Shown: positions 49,949-62,949, counted from the whole stretch's first letter. The stretch: 63,949 nt of DNA, filler included, from Lenisia limosa (GCA_001655205.1; 11 parts of 11 records of this genome joined end to end with filler, not necessarily neighbours in it); one strand, 5' to 3'. Numbers and translations: made by a program. Notes: a model not told the origin generated them from the letters alone.

Positions 49949-51701
49949 CAGTAGTTGAACTCGCGCTTCAAGGCGTCAAGAGTGGCCTGGGGCACGCCGC
50001 TGTCAACAGCGCTGTAGTTGGTACCGAGGAAGACGTAGTCCAGGGTCTGGGGGGGGGGGGGGNNNNNNNNNNNNNNNNNNNNNNNNNNNNNNNNNNNNNN
50101 NNNNNNNNNNNNNNNNNNNNNNNNNNNNNNNNNNNNNNNNNNNNNNNNNNNNNNNNNNNNNNNNNNNNNNATAAGTATGATATGCTAACCTCTATTATCT
50201 GACTATCTCGAAAAAGTGTGTCATTTATTAGGCTATTCCTCAAATCACACAATTGATCACAGTCGCAAATAATCCAACCTGGGGGGTAAGCTTGTCAGCA
50301 GGAATGCCAGCCGGGCCAACAACGTCTCCGTAAAGGCTGCCTTCTGGGGGTGGGTAAGTTGGGCAAATAACCTTTTTTAATTTTACAAAAACAAAGCAAA
50401 GCTCACGCTGCAGCATATGAGCAATGGTGTAGTAAGCCATGTAGACTGTAGAGTCAGACAGAGACTCGATGAGGTAGGACTCGTCCCAAGGCAGACGGGT
50501 GCCGAGACCGTAGGTACGCGAGCAGGCCCATTGGTGGATCCTGCGGGGGGGGGGGGTAAATNNNNNNNNNNNNNNNNNNNNNNNNNNNNNNNNNNNNNNN
50601 NNNNNNNNNNNNNNNNNNNNNNNNNNNNNNNNNNNNNNNNNNNNNNNNNNNNNNNNNNNNNNNNNNNNNNNNNGTTGAGAAACCAAATCCTGGGATTACA
50701 CAAAGCATCAAACAGTTCACGAGAGATTCGCCCACCATCCGAGAGCAGCTGAGAAGGCGTTGCGGGTTTCGGTGTGATAAGTGTCCAATTTCTCAAGGAC
50801 CTTTTCGGTCTTGGAACGCCAGTCGGCTTCTCCGTACTTCAAGTACCACTGCAAGGGTGAGCGGTTGCCTTATTGGGAAGGTAGAGGCGAGAAGTTGCCT
50901 TATTAGGAACGTAGCAAGGGATAGATTGACGCCCACCTGGTCGATCAAGGCGACAATGCACTCGTCACCAGATCTAGACACCACGCGTCCTTCGGGCTCG
51001 GAGTACATAACGGCCTCGCCAGACTTGACAAGCATGTCGCGGATGATGGTTTTGACAACCTGAGTGGGGGGGGGGGGGNNNNNNNNNNNNNNNNNNNNNN
51101 NNNNNNNNNNNNNNNNNNNNNNNNNNNNNNNNNNNNNNNNNNNNNNNNNNNNNNNNNNNNNNNNNNNNNNNNNNNNNNNNNNNNNNNNNNNNNNNNNNNN
51201 NNNNNNNNNNNNNNNNNNNNNNNNNNNNNNNNNNNNNNNNNNNNNNNNNNNNNNNNNNNNNNNNNNNNNNNNNNNNNNNNNNNNNNNNNNNNNNNNNNNN
51301 TAAGAAGAGGAAATCTATGGAATAAAAGAATAAATCCAAAAACAACTCCGTTGGCTAAATGAAAAACTCACATTCCCCCTCTACCTGGACCTTTTCTCCC
51401 TTGTGCTCGCCAACGGTGAGAACACCTTCGTAGAAGCCACGAGTGTAGGCAAGCTCCTTAGCCTGAAGGGTCAGGCTTGGATTACGCAGAATGACCGGGA
51501 TAAGTTTTGACCAAATTGCTCAAGGATTCCATCAGCCTTGGATTATGGAAAATCGGTCAAGAGAACATGCTATTATGTTGATGATAAATATTTTTAATTC
51601 CACGATTGAAAAGGTCTTAATCTGCACCCCTCCCCCCTCCCCCCCACCTTAGCAAGCTTGTCCTTGTCGTTCTGAGATTGGATCTTGAGTTGCTCCACAA
51701 C
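49949..51701 (-). CDS. LARS1: Cytosolic leucyl-tRNA synthetase, internal fragment
   Basis: [36 protein letters not shown]|[53 protein letters not shown]. Confidence 0.96.
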
Positions 51702-52050
51702 CTGAAAACGATTAATTAATGATCAGCNNNNNNNNNNNNNNNNNNNNNNNNNNNNNNNNNNNNNNNNNNNNTTAATTAATTAANNNNNNNNNNNNNNNNN
51801 NNNNNNNNNNNNNNNNNNNNNNNNNNNGCAGCGCCGCATCCCATCACTCCAGCGGTAAATACATTCATTGAGTCTAGTAAAGGAGACTTGTATAAAGGGG
51901 AGGTCAGATTGTTACAATAAACTCAAGGATGGCAGAATGAAGAGAAGGAAATATGCTGAGATAGGATTGACCGATTTGCTATGGGATATAAGTGCTCGGG
52001 ATAAGTCTTGATGGTTTATCATAAATACCCCCCCCCCTCACTGTTTACAA

Positions 52051-52090
52051 CTAGCGCTTCCCTAGTCTCAAAAAGACTGAATGTCTTGAT
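52051..52090. mobile_element. Family A MITE, degenerate left end
   Basis: CTAGCGCTTCCCTAGTCTCAAAAAGACTGAATGTCTTGAT. Confidence 0.5.
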
Positions 52091-52129
52091 ACACATATAT
52101 ATCATGCATGGTCTTTGCTACAGCCCTAC

Positions 52130-55100
52130 TCACAACGTCATCACCGGCCACAGCAGCCTGGAGGCGCATGAACTCGTCGTAATGCCGCATTTGAAGGGCC
52201 TTTTTCTCGCTGGTCATGATGGTGTTGAGGCCTGTTGTCACCTCTCTGACGGCTGACTATGAGGAGTAAAATTGGAAACTTTATGAAATAAAAAAACCCA
52301 AATCAACTCTGTTGAGTGAAAATGGATAAAACAGAGACTTTTATTTGAAGAAATAATGCACTATATTGAATGGGCAACTGAGACGGGTTCAAAAATAAGA
52401 CAAATTTGAAGAAAGGGTAATTCACAGTAAAAGACAGCTCTCATGGTGGTGATGCAGGAAGAAGAACAAACCTCAAGCGCTTCCATTTGCTGGTTGCTGA
52501 GAAGATGACGTTGCTGCTCGTGTTCTTTTGACACTGATTCAAGCTGATCACTCCTGCCGGGTAAAATGGCAATTTATGAAACAATACTGCATTCACACTT
52601 ATTCTGCTATTATAATCAAGAAAAACCCATCAAACGGGGTGAGTGCAAGTTCTTCAGCATGCTTTTTGGCCATGTCCATCCGGGCCTCTTGTAGCTGGGA
52701 CTCCAATGATGTTCTAGGAATTAAATCGAACTCGTAAGTCTTCAAATATTAACTTTCATGGGATTAAGGCAGTTTAAGAGAGTGTTTGTTGCACACCATT
52801 ACTACTTACCACACTTTTATTATTCTGTTCCAAAATAGAATAAAAACGAACCAATTCTATTGCCACGTATTGATTATCTTAGCCACCATGCACATACCCC
52901 ACCTAGCAGTAGAGGAGTCCAGGGCGACCCGGGCCTTGAAGCGGGCATCAAGCGCCTGGAGTTCTCGTCTCTGCCGCTGAGCTAGGAGAACCTGGAGGGT
53001 GTGTATTTATGAGAATATCCACAGGAATAGACGACCTCATATAGGATCAGGATCTCTTTTATGGGTTCATATCATATAAAATGAAGCGTGGAGATACGAG
53101 GTTTCTTTTTGCCCACGTTTAAATGAAAACACTCTTTGTTTTTGGTAATACAGCCCCCCCCCCCTCAATCANNNNNNNNNNNNNNNNNNNNNNNNNNNNN
53201 NNNNNNNNNNNNNNNNNNNNNNNNNNNNNNNNNNNNNNNNNNNNNNNNNNNNNNNNNNNNNNNNNNNNNNNNNNNNNNNNNNNNNNNNNNNNNNNGAAAA
53301 AGATAAATATTTATCGAGGAATTATCCAGAAATTCAGTCTTTTTTGGGACGTAGGGAAGCCCTCAACACAACAGAGTTGATTCCGAGGCCAGAGTTGAGA
53401 ACAATGTGTGTGCGTATGTGTGTGTGTGTGTGGGTGCTTTAGTGTTGTTAGTCAACGGAGTTGATTCAGAGTTTTTGTTTTGCTCCCCTTCTCCACTCAT
53501 AACCTCCCAACCTGTGCGCGTCGTAGCGCCTCATCGCGCGCAGCCTGATCAGTCTCAGCCTTAGCAGCCTCGCGGAGGGCTCTTTCCTCGGCCTCCCTCT
53601 CTGCCTCGGCTCGGAGGGTGGCGGCGGCGGCCTNNNNNNNNNNNNNNNNNNNNNNNNNNNNNNNNNNNNNNNNNNNNNNNNNNNNNNNNNNNNNNNNNNN
53701 NNNNNNNNNNNNNNNNNNNNNNNNNNNNNNNNNNNNNNNNNNNNNNNNNNNNNNNNNNNNNNNNNNNNNNNNNNNNNNNNNNNNNNNNNNNNNNNNNNNN
53801 NNNNNNNNNNNNNNNNNNNNNNNNNNNNNNNNNNNNNNNNNNTCAATTCTGTTGGCTAGCAACACTAAAGCACCACCCTCCCTCACATTGTTCTCAACAC
53901 TGGCCTGTTTCCGCTCCTCCTCGTGTCGTCGGAGCCTTTCAAGCCTCTTACGCTCCTTTTTGGCAGCAATCTTTGCCGCGAGAACGTCCCTAGTCCCGTG
54001 AGGTTATAATGAGGGAGTGGGGTTTCCATTTCCATCTCAACACTTCAATAATTTCTGCAACATAAATCATATTTACATCTTTAATGAAAGTTGTCCAATT
54101 CAAGGAAAGAGTTTGTCCATGGGTTCGCTTTATATCAAACTTACTCAAAGTGTCCCCCTCCCTCCCCCCTACCGTTGCTTGTTTTTGGCGGACTCGAGGC
54201 CTTGCTGCAACTTCTTCATGTTTTCTTCGTGCTCGGCAATGAGGCTGTCTCTCTGCTCAGTAGTGGCAGAGGCAAGCTAAGAAGGAAGGTGATTGGGGCA
54301 TCGGAGGAATTTGATAAGAAGAGAATCATTTCAAAAACAACACTTCCATTTTCACATAAATTTAGAAAGAAAAAAAAGTAGCGTTATAAATGTCATGTAC
54401 TATTTGAATCAACTGTGGACAAACAATCAAGTTGGGCCTCTTGTCCCACCTCAGCCTTGAGTTTCTCCTGAAGCTGCTTCTTCATAGCCGCGGCTTTTTG
54501 GGCATTTGCGGCTTCAGCCCGTCTCTCCTCAATGGCAACTTCTTGACTCAGTGCCTAGGCGGTAAGAGATTGACCATGAGAGAGCGTAAAAAAGGTTACT
54601 TTTCCCCTTCTTGACTTGTACTCCCACCTCCTCATCCTGCTGTGTCTCCGCAATCTGCCTGCCCTTGAGCTCTTTAGACTTTGCTACAAGGTCAGCCCGG
54701 GCAAGTTCCTCTTCAGCACTGATGGGAGCGAGTTGAATGCTGTCGGCTTCGCCTTCCACTTCCGGGACTTCCTCAGTCTGGGGGGGGGGGGGGNNNNNNN
54801 NNNNNNNNNNNNNNNNNNNNNNNNNNNNNNNNNNNNNNNNNNNNNNNNNNNNNNNNNNNNNNNNNNNNNNNNNNNNNNNNNNNNNNNNNNNNNNNNNNNN
54901 NNNNNNNNNNNNNNNNNNNNNNNNNNNNNNNNNNNNNNNNNNNNNNNNNNNNNNNNNNNNNNNNNNNNNNNNNNNNNNNNNNNNNNNNNNNNNATCAACT
55001 GGGCGAGGGGGGGAGTAAAATTGGAATATTTATGAAACAAACAAACAAAAAAAAAGCCCAAATCAACACTGTTGGCTGACACACAAGAGTTGATAACAAC

Positions 55101-56042
55101 ATAACAAATAAAGCCCAGGTCAGTCGGGATGATGATATAAAAAAAAGCAGTCAAAATTCACAATATATTATTCAAAACCCTAAAGCCCCCCCCCCCNNNN
55201 NNNNNNNNNNNNNNNNNNNNNNNNNNNNNNNNNNNNNNNNNNNNNNNNNNNNNNNNNNNNNNNNNNNNNNNNNNNNNNNTCCTCCACTGGACTGAGACCC
55301 GGCCCGATCTTCACAGCCTCCTCCTCTCTCTTTCGTGCCTCCTCTTGCTCCTGGTTGTGTTTGGCGGCGAGAGACTCGCGTTTGCGTTGTTTGCGCTCAT
55401 TGAGGCGTTCACGCATTTTGGCGGCTTGTTTTTGGCGCTCCTTTTCAAGCTTGCCGTCAACCTACTTCATTACACATGCACAATAAACAGTTTTCTTACA
55501 TAAGGTTTCAATTTTATTGTCTACAATTGAAGTTGAAAAGTGGTGAGAAAGGGGATGTTGTGAAAAGAACAAATGAGTAAGAACTTTTCAGTTTTGTTCT
55601 CACAAAAATATCATGGTAGCGCTTTTAGCAATGTATTTCGATTTTGGAAATGAGAAATGAGAAATGTAAAAAAAAAAAAACAACACCACTTTGTCCTAAT
55701 ACAAAGATACTTTACAAAGACTTCCAAATTTTTCGTTCCAACCGCACCTTAGCAACCTGGGCTTTGTGTTCATTGAGAATGCGGTTTTTGTCTTCTTCAG
55801 AGGCAGCAGAATCACCCTTTTTGTAAAAAGAAAGAATTTGAAACTACTTTGAGGGTTTTCTAATAGAAAAGCAAAGAATGAAAGCAAATGATGGGAGGGA
55901 ATACATACCTGGTGCTGAGCCACGATCTTAGTCAGCATTTCCTCCCTCTTGACCGCCACGCGTTTGTCGAGGGCTGCCAGCATGCGGTCATTCTCAGCGT
56001 CTGCCTCTTTTTCAGCCTGTTCCAACTCTCGAAGGCCTCTGC
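52130..56042 (-). CDS. Large E/K/R/A-rich coiled-coil protein, internal fragment
   Basis: Exons EQAEKEADAENDRMLAALDKRVAVKREEM, MRERLNERKQRKRESLAAKHNQEQEEARKREEE, AEAEREAEERALREAAKAE, all with clear splice sites and C/G-ending codons. Confidence 0.8.
52257..52314 (-). repeat. Family B 3' fragment ending at the 3' AG
   Basis: Sense read CAACAGAGTTGATTTGGGTTTTTTTATTTCATAAAGTTTCCAATTTTACTCCTCATAG|exon. Confidence 0.85.
53296..53363. mobile_element. Family A MITE, partial (left part in an N gap)
   Basis: TATTTATCGAGGAATTATCCAGAAATTCAGTCTTTTTGGGACGTAGGGAAGCCCTC. Confidence 0.7.
54999..55126 (-). repeat. Family B intronic repeat ending at the 3' AG
   Basis: Sense read CGACTGACCTGGGCTTT..GTTATCAACTCTTGTGTGTCAGCCAACAGTGTTGATTTGGGC..GTTTCATAAAT..TTTTACTCCCCCC..CAG. 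Confidence 0.9.
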
Positions 56043-56417
56043 CGGGGGGGGGGGTGACANNNNNNNNNNNNNNNNNNNNNNNNNNNNNNNNNNNNNNNNN
56101 NNNTTAATTAATTAANNNNNNNNNNNNNNNNNNNNNNNNNNNNNNNNNNNNNNNNNNNNCTTGATGCATCGGTTGAGATCCTGACCAAGCCCCAAAATAA
56201 CCCAAATTAATTACGGTTTGTCCCCGGGGGAACCATTGTATCAAATGAAGATAATATCAGATACAAAACACTTAAACATCTCATTAGTGCATGTATTTTT
56301 TGGCTTGTCGGAGAGCGCCCCATCCACCGTCCCGCAAAACCGTTTCAGGTGATCTCTTCTTTTCGTTGCAAAGGACGGTAGCACGAGTGGAGTGTGACGG
56401 AGTGAGTGGATGGTAAA

Positions 56418-56734
56418 CTATTCAGCAGCCTTGTCATCCATCCCTGAATCCTTCAGAAAGCTGCGCAAGAAACAAGAGTGGTTACGGCGGCAGGGATTAC
56501 AGCGGCAATCGCGATCGGAGTTAATCGCAGCAGATAAGCTTGCTGAATATGATACCCACATATTCTTTTTGCTGGAAGAGATGGGCGCTAGAACCGGGGC
56601 GGCCGCGAAGAAGAGACTGGCCTCGAGAGAGTAGTTAACGGAGGGTGCGGCGTCGATCTTGTTAGACGCTTGTGAAACGAAGCCTTCCTCAATGAGGGCA
56701 CCGATGGCGGAGATGTTGGCGTCACCGAGGGTTT
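56418..56734 (-). CDS. Terminal exon(s) of an unidentified gene; paralogous fragment at ~62480-62750
   Basis: Open frame TLGDANISAIGALIEEGFVSQASNKIDAAPSVNYSLE.. with C-ending codon bias, preceded by the acceptor tttttacag. Confidence 0.55.
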
Positions 56735-56736
56735 CT

Positions 56737-57006
56737 GTAAAAAGGGGGTTTCACTTAAATACAAGTGAATTGAACTTGAAAATAAATACTCTATAATTCT
56801 TCATAGAATCCTGACAGAATCTGGTAGAATTATGATTCCATTTTTTGGATATGACTGTTCTTTGTTTGTGGATGTCATTTTCTACCCCCTTAGTACGTAA
56901 TAAGGAGGAATTGAGACATTGACACCCGAGGTTGTTCAATATTTGTTGTTCCATAACTCGAATAAAAGCGATGTTAACCACAATTTTGCAGCAAAATCGT
57001 GTTTTA
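56737..57006. repeat. Family D dispersed repeat (~270 bp), copy 1
   Basis: Collinear and highly similar to 60530-60826. Confidence 0.92.
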
Positions 57007-59249
57007 ACCCCCATACTGAAGACAATACCACAGCGTAAATTTCACCCGTTTATTCAGACGGTCGGTTGATTGGGTCATTTTTTGGCGGTTTTTTGAATTT
57101 TTTGAAAAATGTAATGTGCAGATTTTAACTTCTCTTGTATGAGTATATGCAGCAAATAAATGAGCACAAGAAAGGCAAGGTCTCACAAGCAGGTTCAGAG
57201 CACTAAAATAGCCGAAAGGATACCCATAAAAAAATTTCTTTTTTTTCCTTTGCCTCTTCATACTCTGCCAATTTAAGATAATGCTAATTATACATTTATC
57301 TGAATTTTGACAAGTAAATAACCCATAAAAGTAATCAGCAGGATAAATACACTTAAAAGTTAAACAAGATGTTCTCCAAAAAACGCCAGTTGTTTAGTTC
57401 AAGGCAGAAAGAGAATCCAACGACGCAAATAATCTCTTAACTTGAGAAACCAGAAAAAGAAAAAAAAAAGGGGGGGGGGGTCTGAGGCAGTCTGTGTATT
57501 TCAATTTTCCATAAAAAAAAATTAATCAACATAATCATACACAAGTCTACGTACTACTTATTCATAATTATTTGTCAAAATAGAGAAGCACAAAGAAGAA
57601 GAAAGAAGAGTAATGCAAGAGGGTAATCTCTCTCGCCAATAAAAAATATATATCATATACTACATGTTTAAATCAACCGTGGCTCAACACTATTTGCTGT
57701 AACCAACGTTGTTGACAAAATCTTGAAACCACGACATCCAGAGATTTCGTTACTGAAGTTAAAAGCATTCTAAGAAAAGTGGTAAAAGAACTAGTAACGA
57801 CAGGTCTTACATTCGCCTATGTAAGTGCAAAACTCCATGGTGAAAATCTGATTTACAAAATCCAAATGTATTTTACTTGGGTAAACTAGGGGAAACAACA
57901 CTGACAAATTCATTATTTCTAGGATACTCTAGATAATTGCGAAAAGGAATCAACAGTGTAGTCTGTCTTCAAGAAAGGTAGTTTCATCTGCTAGAGGCCA
58001 GGAACTGTTGTTTTCTTGCTCCCCATGTAATGTCACCATTGCCGCCGCCGGCTGAATTAACGCCACAATCACAAACTAAACCAGTTTCTGTTGTTTCTAC
58101 ACCTGGTAGCTTCAAAAAAAAGGAGAGGATTTGGCGAACTCTTTTCTTCTTTCCTTGATAATTTTAACTTTCAAGACGAAAAGAGACCTATGCCAATCAA
58201 TATCGACCTAAATTTGACATTTCTTCGTTCATCTGTTTTTGAAAACTTTTGTTCGTCAAGCGAGGATAGTTTATTCTTTTTTCTAGTCTCATCTACACTC
58301 TCTTGCTTATTGAAAGCCTGTTGGACACATGGGATTTCCATGCAGAAAGAAGAGTCCAAATATATAAACCTTTTTTGTTTTTTCCCCTTCTTAATTTTAA
58401 AAATTTTAATGCTTGTTTAATGATACAACAATGCTTAAATGCTTAAATGCTATTCAGTAGAAAATCCGTGAATGATGACTTTTGAAGGGTGATCATATAC
58501 ATGTACATATCATATATTCGAAATGCATACCACATGATTAATTGAACATTAATATTCTTAATATCAAAGAGAGATGTGAAATAAAACAAGGATATTATTG
58601 TGATAAACAACAGTTTTGCAAAAAACAGATGAACAAGGATATTACTGTCTACCTGCTAATGAAATAGCAACACTTGGGGGTGAGGGTGGGATTTTGGAAA
58701 ATAAGCCAAGAAAACAGCTTGGGGGAGGGGGGTATCTCAATATACCTTAAGATTTGTAAATACGATATTAAAGAACTATTTCCAAAAAGACAATCAAGCA
58801 CGCTGTACAAGAGAAATCTTCAAAACAACTAACTTTTCAGGATCAAGAGTCCACTGGAAATGAAGATGAGGCGAAAAGGTATAAATAACACCAATTAGAA
58901 AAGCAAAGAAGACAGTTATTCCAACTTTGTTACACAGAAAGAGAATACTAATCAGCCATACCCATAACTGAATGCTGTCATTTTTTGACTCTTCCAATTC
59001 AAAACCCTATACAATCAAAAAAAAAACAGATCGCATTATTAATAGTGACTGGAAATACAGTTGTGATAAAACAATGACAACTGTAATGGAGATAGTATAG
59101 TATAATCAAAGTTACGGACAGTTTCAAATTTCTTTTTTTTTCTGGGGGTACACCACCCATTTTTGCCAACCCTCAAATTGATTTTTTATTATTATTATTA
59201 TTATTATTTATCTTCACCCTTTTGTTGATATGATGAAAATTGTTAAAAC

Positions 59250-59465
59250 AGGTCTTAATATGAGAGAGTTTAGGCGCCTAAACAAACGCTTTGTTTGTAT
59301 CTGGTGATATTATCTCCGCATCTGGAGGCGATGTCTTCCACCTCCATAGCGCTGAGGCTGATGGGGCTGTTGGTGCAGCCATTCTGGAGGAGGAATTGGG
59401 CACCATATCAGGAGTAGGGATATAACTATATAATAAGTGACTTTTTCATTGAATCCCTCAACTCT
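59250..59465. repeat. Duplicated coding-like segment, paralog of 62255-62465
   Basis: TCTGGAGGCGA....CACCTCCA.AGCGCTGAGGCTG..G..GCTGTTGGTGCAG...TGGAGGAGGA and flanking CATTGAATCCCTC are shared. Confidence 0.85.
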
Positions 59466-59963
59466 ACAGAATTATAATGCTGATATGTATTGTACAACCT
59501 AATTTACTTCTTTATTTGACTCCCATTTCGCTGTCTCCAGGAAACTCTTCCCCCAAGCCTCTCTAGGGTTGGTTTGCTCATATTTTTAAGGATAAGTGTG
59601 TTTTTGATCTATTTCTGCGTCACTTTTTAAAAACCTCTCTTTTTCTTTTCTTGATGTATGGTTCTTGAGGATTGGTGCCGTAATCCAGACCTCCTAATGG
59701 ATGAGGACCACCAACCAGCAAGGAGAGAAGATTCATCACCTATAGGGGGTAGTGAACCAGCGTGTCATGCTTCCAGAGTATGTTTTGTTCGTGATCTGTA
59801 CTCTGATGATTAAACCTCTTTCTTGTTACCCATTTTCATTGGAAATGTCGTCCATTGGGGTTGCAATAAATATAAATGTCAGTATATCATATGATATATC
59901 AAAAATACGATATACATATTCTGTTGTAATTATAATTATAACCTGATTGGGTGAATTACTTAT

Positions 59964-60031
59964 ACTATAATCCAATATCTCTTATAAGTGATGGTGTGGA
60001 CGGCTTTGGCCAGATACAACTTTATTGTTTT
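59964..60031 (+). repeat. Family C dispersed repeat
   Basis: ACTATAATCCAATATCTCTTATAAGTGATGGTGTGGACGGCTTTGGCCAGATACAAC. Confidence 0.85.
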
Positions 60032-60094
60032 CACTGTTATATCGTACATATAATAGATGATATGTAAAAATCTTGAGCAACTTTGTCATGTGTA

Positions 60095-62420
60095 GACCTC
60101 AACATCAATACTAACGAGGCCGCCATGGCCGCCCACTTCATCGATCGTGAGTACCGACGTGCTGTCAAGAAGACTGACCGTGTCAAGACTGACTCTCCGC
60201 AAGGCCCACCGAAAGAAGCGTCTCATCCACAAGACTCAGTCCATCCATGACTACCATGAAAGTTCAGGTCTTCTTCCTGTTTGTGTTGGGGTTTTTTGAT
60301 TGACATTGAACGCTATCATGATTAATTGTTACTCCTGATATATTTCTCAGCGATATTGTCAATTTTATTCTTGTTATTTCACACAAATATTCTAACTTCC
60401 TTCTATGTGATACTGTGGTAAGGTGACATGTAGTTGAGTGAGAAGAGGACAGCTATGCTGGCTTTTCTGGTCAGGTCTCTCTGAGATCTGGACCAAGCCC
60501 CAGCCCTATCATAGACATAAACACATCAGGTAAAAAGGGGGTTTCACTTTAATGCAAGTGAACTGAACTTTGAAATAGTCTCTCTAATTCTTCATAGAAT
60601 CCTGATAGAATCTGGTAGAATTAGATAGAATATGGTCAGCTGACCATTTCATACATAACCATTTTTTGGATATGATTGTTCTTTGTTTGTGGGTGTCATT
60701 TTCTCCCCCTGAGTACGTAATAAAGAGGAATTGAGACATTGACACCCGAGGTTGTTTAATATTTGTTGTTCCATATCTCGAATAAAAGCGATGTTAACCA
60801 CAATTGTGTAGCTAAATCGTGTTTTATTTCTCTTAGGGAATTTTTATTTGAAGGTGTCTTGGGTTTTTTTTTGAAACCTTTTGGTGTTTTTGCTTATTTT
60901 TATCTTTTATTGTATTTTTTTGTTTAAACATACTCATTAAAATTCGATTGCTTATTACTCACTCACCTATCATCCCCTCGAGATCGTCGTCATCTGCAGG
61001 CGATGAAAATGCTTCGTGCTACCCTCTTGAAAGCTGACGATGAGTCCGAGTGTTCTGATGATGAGCTTGAAGAAGAAGCGGGAGTCTGGAACCCCGACAA
61101 AAGCGACACTGAATATGACGTTGAGGAGGATTGTGTAGAGTTGTTCAATTATTATTAGGAAAGAAAACAGCTTTCCTGAATTGTGGAAACTGATAGTCAG
61201 GAGACTAAAGCTGTAAATCGACCAATTCTCCTTCCAAGCCCACCTAGTAGTATACATATACATATAATATAAGGTGATGATAGCAATGTTCCATGTCGAA
61301 CGATAAGGAAAGAGAATTACAATATCCTGTGTGTAGTCTATAACCAGCCTACAGTTAAGCGCAAGATGGGAAGTTTAGGTTATTGCGCACAAGATCTTCC
61401 GCCCGTGAGTCATCCAAGTCAATGAATGGCTACGCATCAGCAACGAACAAACCCCTGCAAGCGTAATCGTCTCCCATTTGCTCTAACTCCAACAAAATAG
61501 ACCCATCAACCAGAAAGAAGTGCACAGAAGAACTTCTCGCCCCAGTTGATGAGGCCGATGGTGAGGATGATACCAAGTTCGAGACGATACTTAGCGTGGA
61601 TGCATTTAGCAATGACCTTGAGTTTCTGAATGAAACAAGATTGTGATATATCGAACACAAAAAAAGCCTGAAACCTACAATGGAGTTGGCATACTTGATT
61701 GTTCATATTTAGACCATGGTTATAAAGAGACGCCGTCAAGGCAGAACCCCATTTCTAAGTAGAGTGAATAAGACAAAGAGTCAACTGGAGAAAAGCCATG
61801 AAAGTGTCTTGGTATCGTAACTCGCAAACCGAGCAGAACTCGACAAGGATGGGGAGAACTGAGGTAGGAAGTAGAAGAGACTGCTCCTCTGGTGGCACTT
61901 GTGGAGCAGGAAAAGAGTCAACCTTGCCGTTCTGCTTGTGAGTGCCGGTGAGGTGGGAAGGGATCTCGGAGGAGAACTTGACGTCACCCTTGGTGGCCTA
62001 GAAAAAAATGGGATAGTGAGAGACCAAATTCAAGGATTTTTGATATTTGCTCAAAATTGAAAAAAAAAAAAAAACTTGTACGTACATTAAAGGTGGTCTT
62101 TTAATACATTAAAATGTGACAAAAAAAAATAGTATCTTTAATACTTACATACAAAATACAAAGTCCAATTCTCGGTTGCATGACAGAAAAGCAATAATAT
62201 TGTCATATTTTCTCCTCCATTTTTTGCCAACCTCAAAATTGAAATTTTCTAGTATAAATATGAGAAATTTTAAGCGACTTCATGTGCGCCTATTCGCAAA
62301 TGGCGATTTTGTCTCTTCGTCTGGAGGCGACGTGCACCACCTCCACAGCGCTGAGGCTGTTGACGCTGTTGGTGCAGATGCTTTGGAGGAGGATTTCGGC
62401 CACAATGTGAGAGGAATACG
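60095..62420 (+). pseudogene. Scattered coding-like fragments (acidic/basic low complexity), possibly a degenerate gene
   Basis: Blocks LNINTNEAAMAAHFIDREYRRAVKK (frame change follows), RDRRHLQAMKMLRATLLKADDESECSDDELEEE, VDEADGEDDTKFETIL. Strand partly ambiguous; no complete model. Confidence 0.3.
60530..60826. repeat. Family D dispersed repeat, copy 2 (with a ~30-bp insertion)
   Basis: Matches 56737-57006; the extra segment contains the palindrome ATGGTCAGCTGACCAT. Confidence 0.92.
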
Positions 62421-62949
62421 TAAGTGGGTACGGTTTGAATGACTTTTCCTCATTGAATCCCTCGAATCAAAAGCATTAAAGAATAGCCATCCTCTCCACT
62501 GACGGGGCATCATCGTTCTTATTGGCGGCCAGAAATACACAACCTTCCTCAATATGTGCATATACAATCATATGCATCATCATACCCAATACCTTCCTCC
62601 TCCCTCTGCGCATCCTCACGCTCCTCCTCAAGTCTGACCCGGTCCGCATTAAGTTCGTCTCTTTCATTCTGCAGCCGCCGGCGCTCTTTTTCTGGGTGGG
62701 AAGGTTATATGATGTATAAGGGGTGGATGTTGGCGTCACTGAGGGTATGGTCATGGACGATTGCGCGGAAGATGGTAAACAGGACTTGTTGATGTAGGGA
62801 CTCTTAGATGGTTCCTAGTAGTTCCCTACGGNNNNNNNNNNNNNNNNNNNNNNNNNNNNNNNNNNNNNNNNNNNNTTAATTAATTAANNNNNNNNNNNNN
62901 NNNNNNNNNNNNNNNNNNNNNNNNNNNNNNNAAAACAATGTGATTCTAT

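Noticed and set aside
53364-53382. Antisense family B copy (AACAGAGTTGATT in a minus-strand gene)
   Set aside because: Only a 13-nt arm of a quasi-palindromic hairpin with no diagnostic flanks, so orientation cannot be assigned; noted as a possible exception to the strand rule.
57200-59100. Short AT-rich minus-strand ORFs (58171-58359, 58794-58997) as a gene
   Set aside because: No motif, no codon bias and no consistent exon chain could be built.
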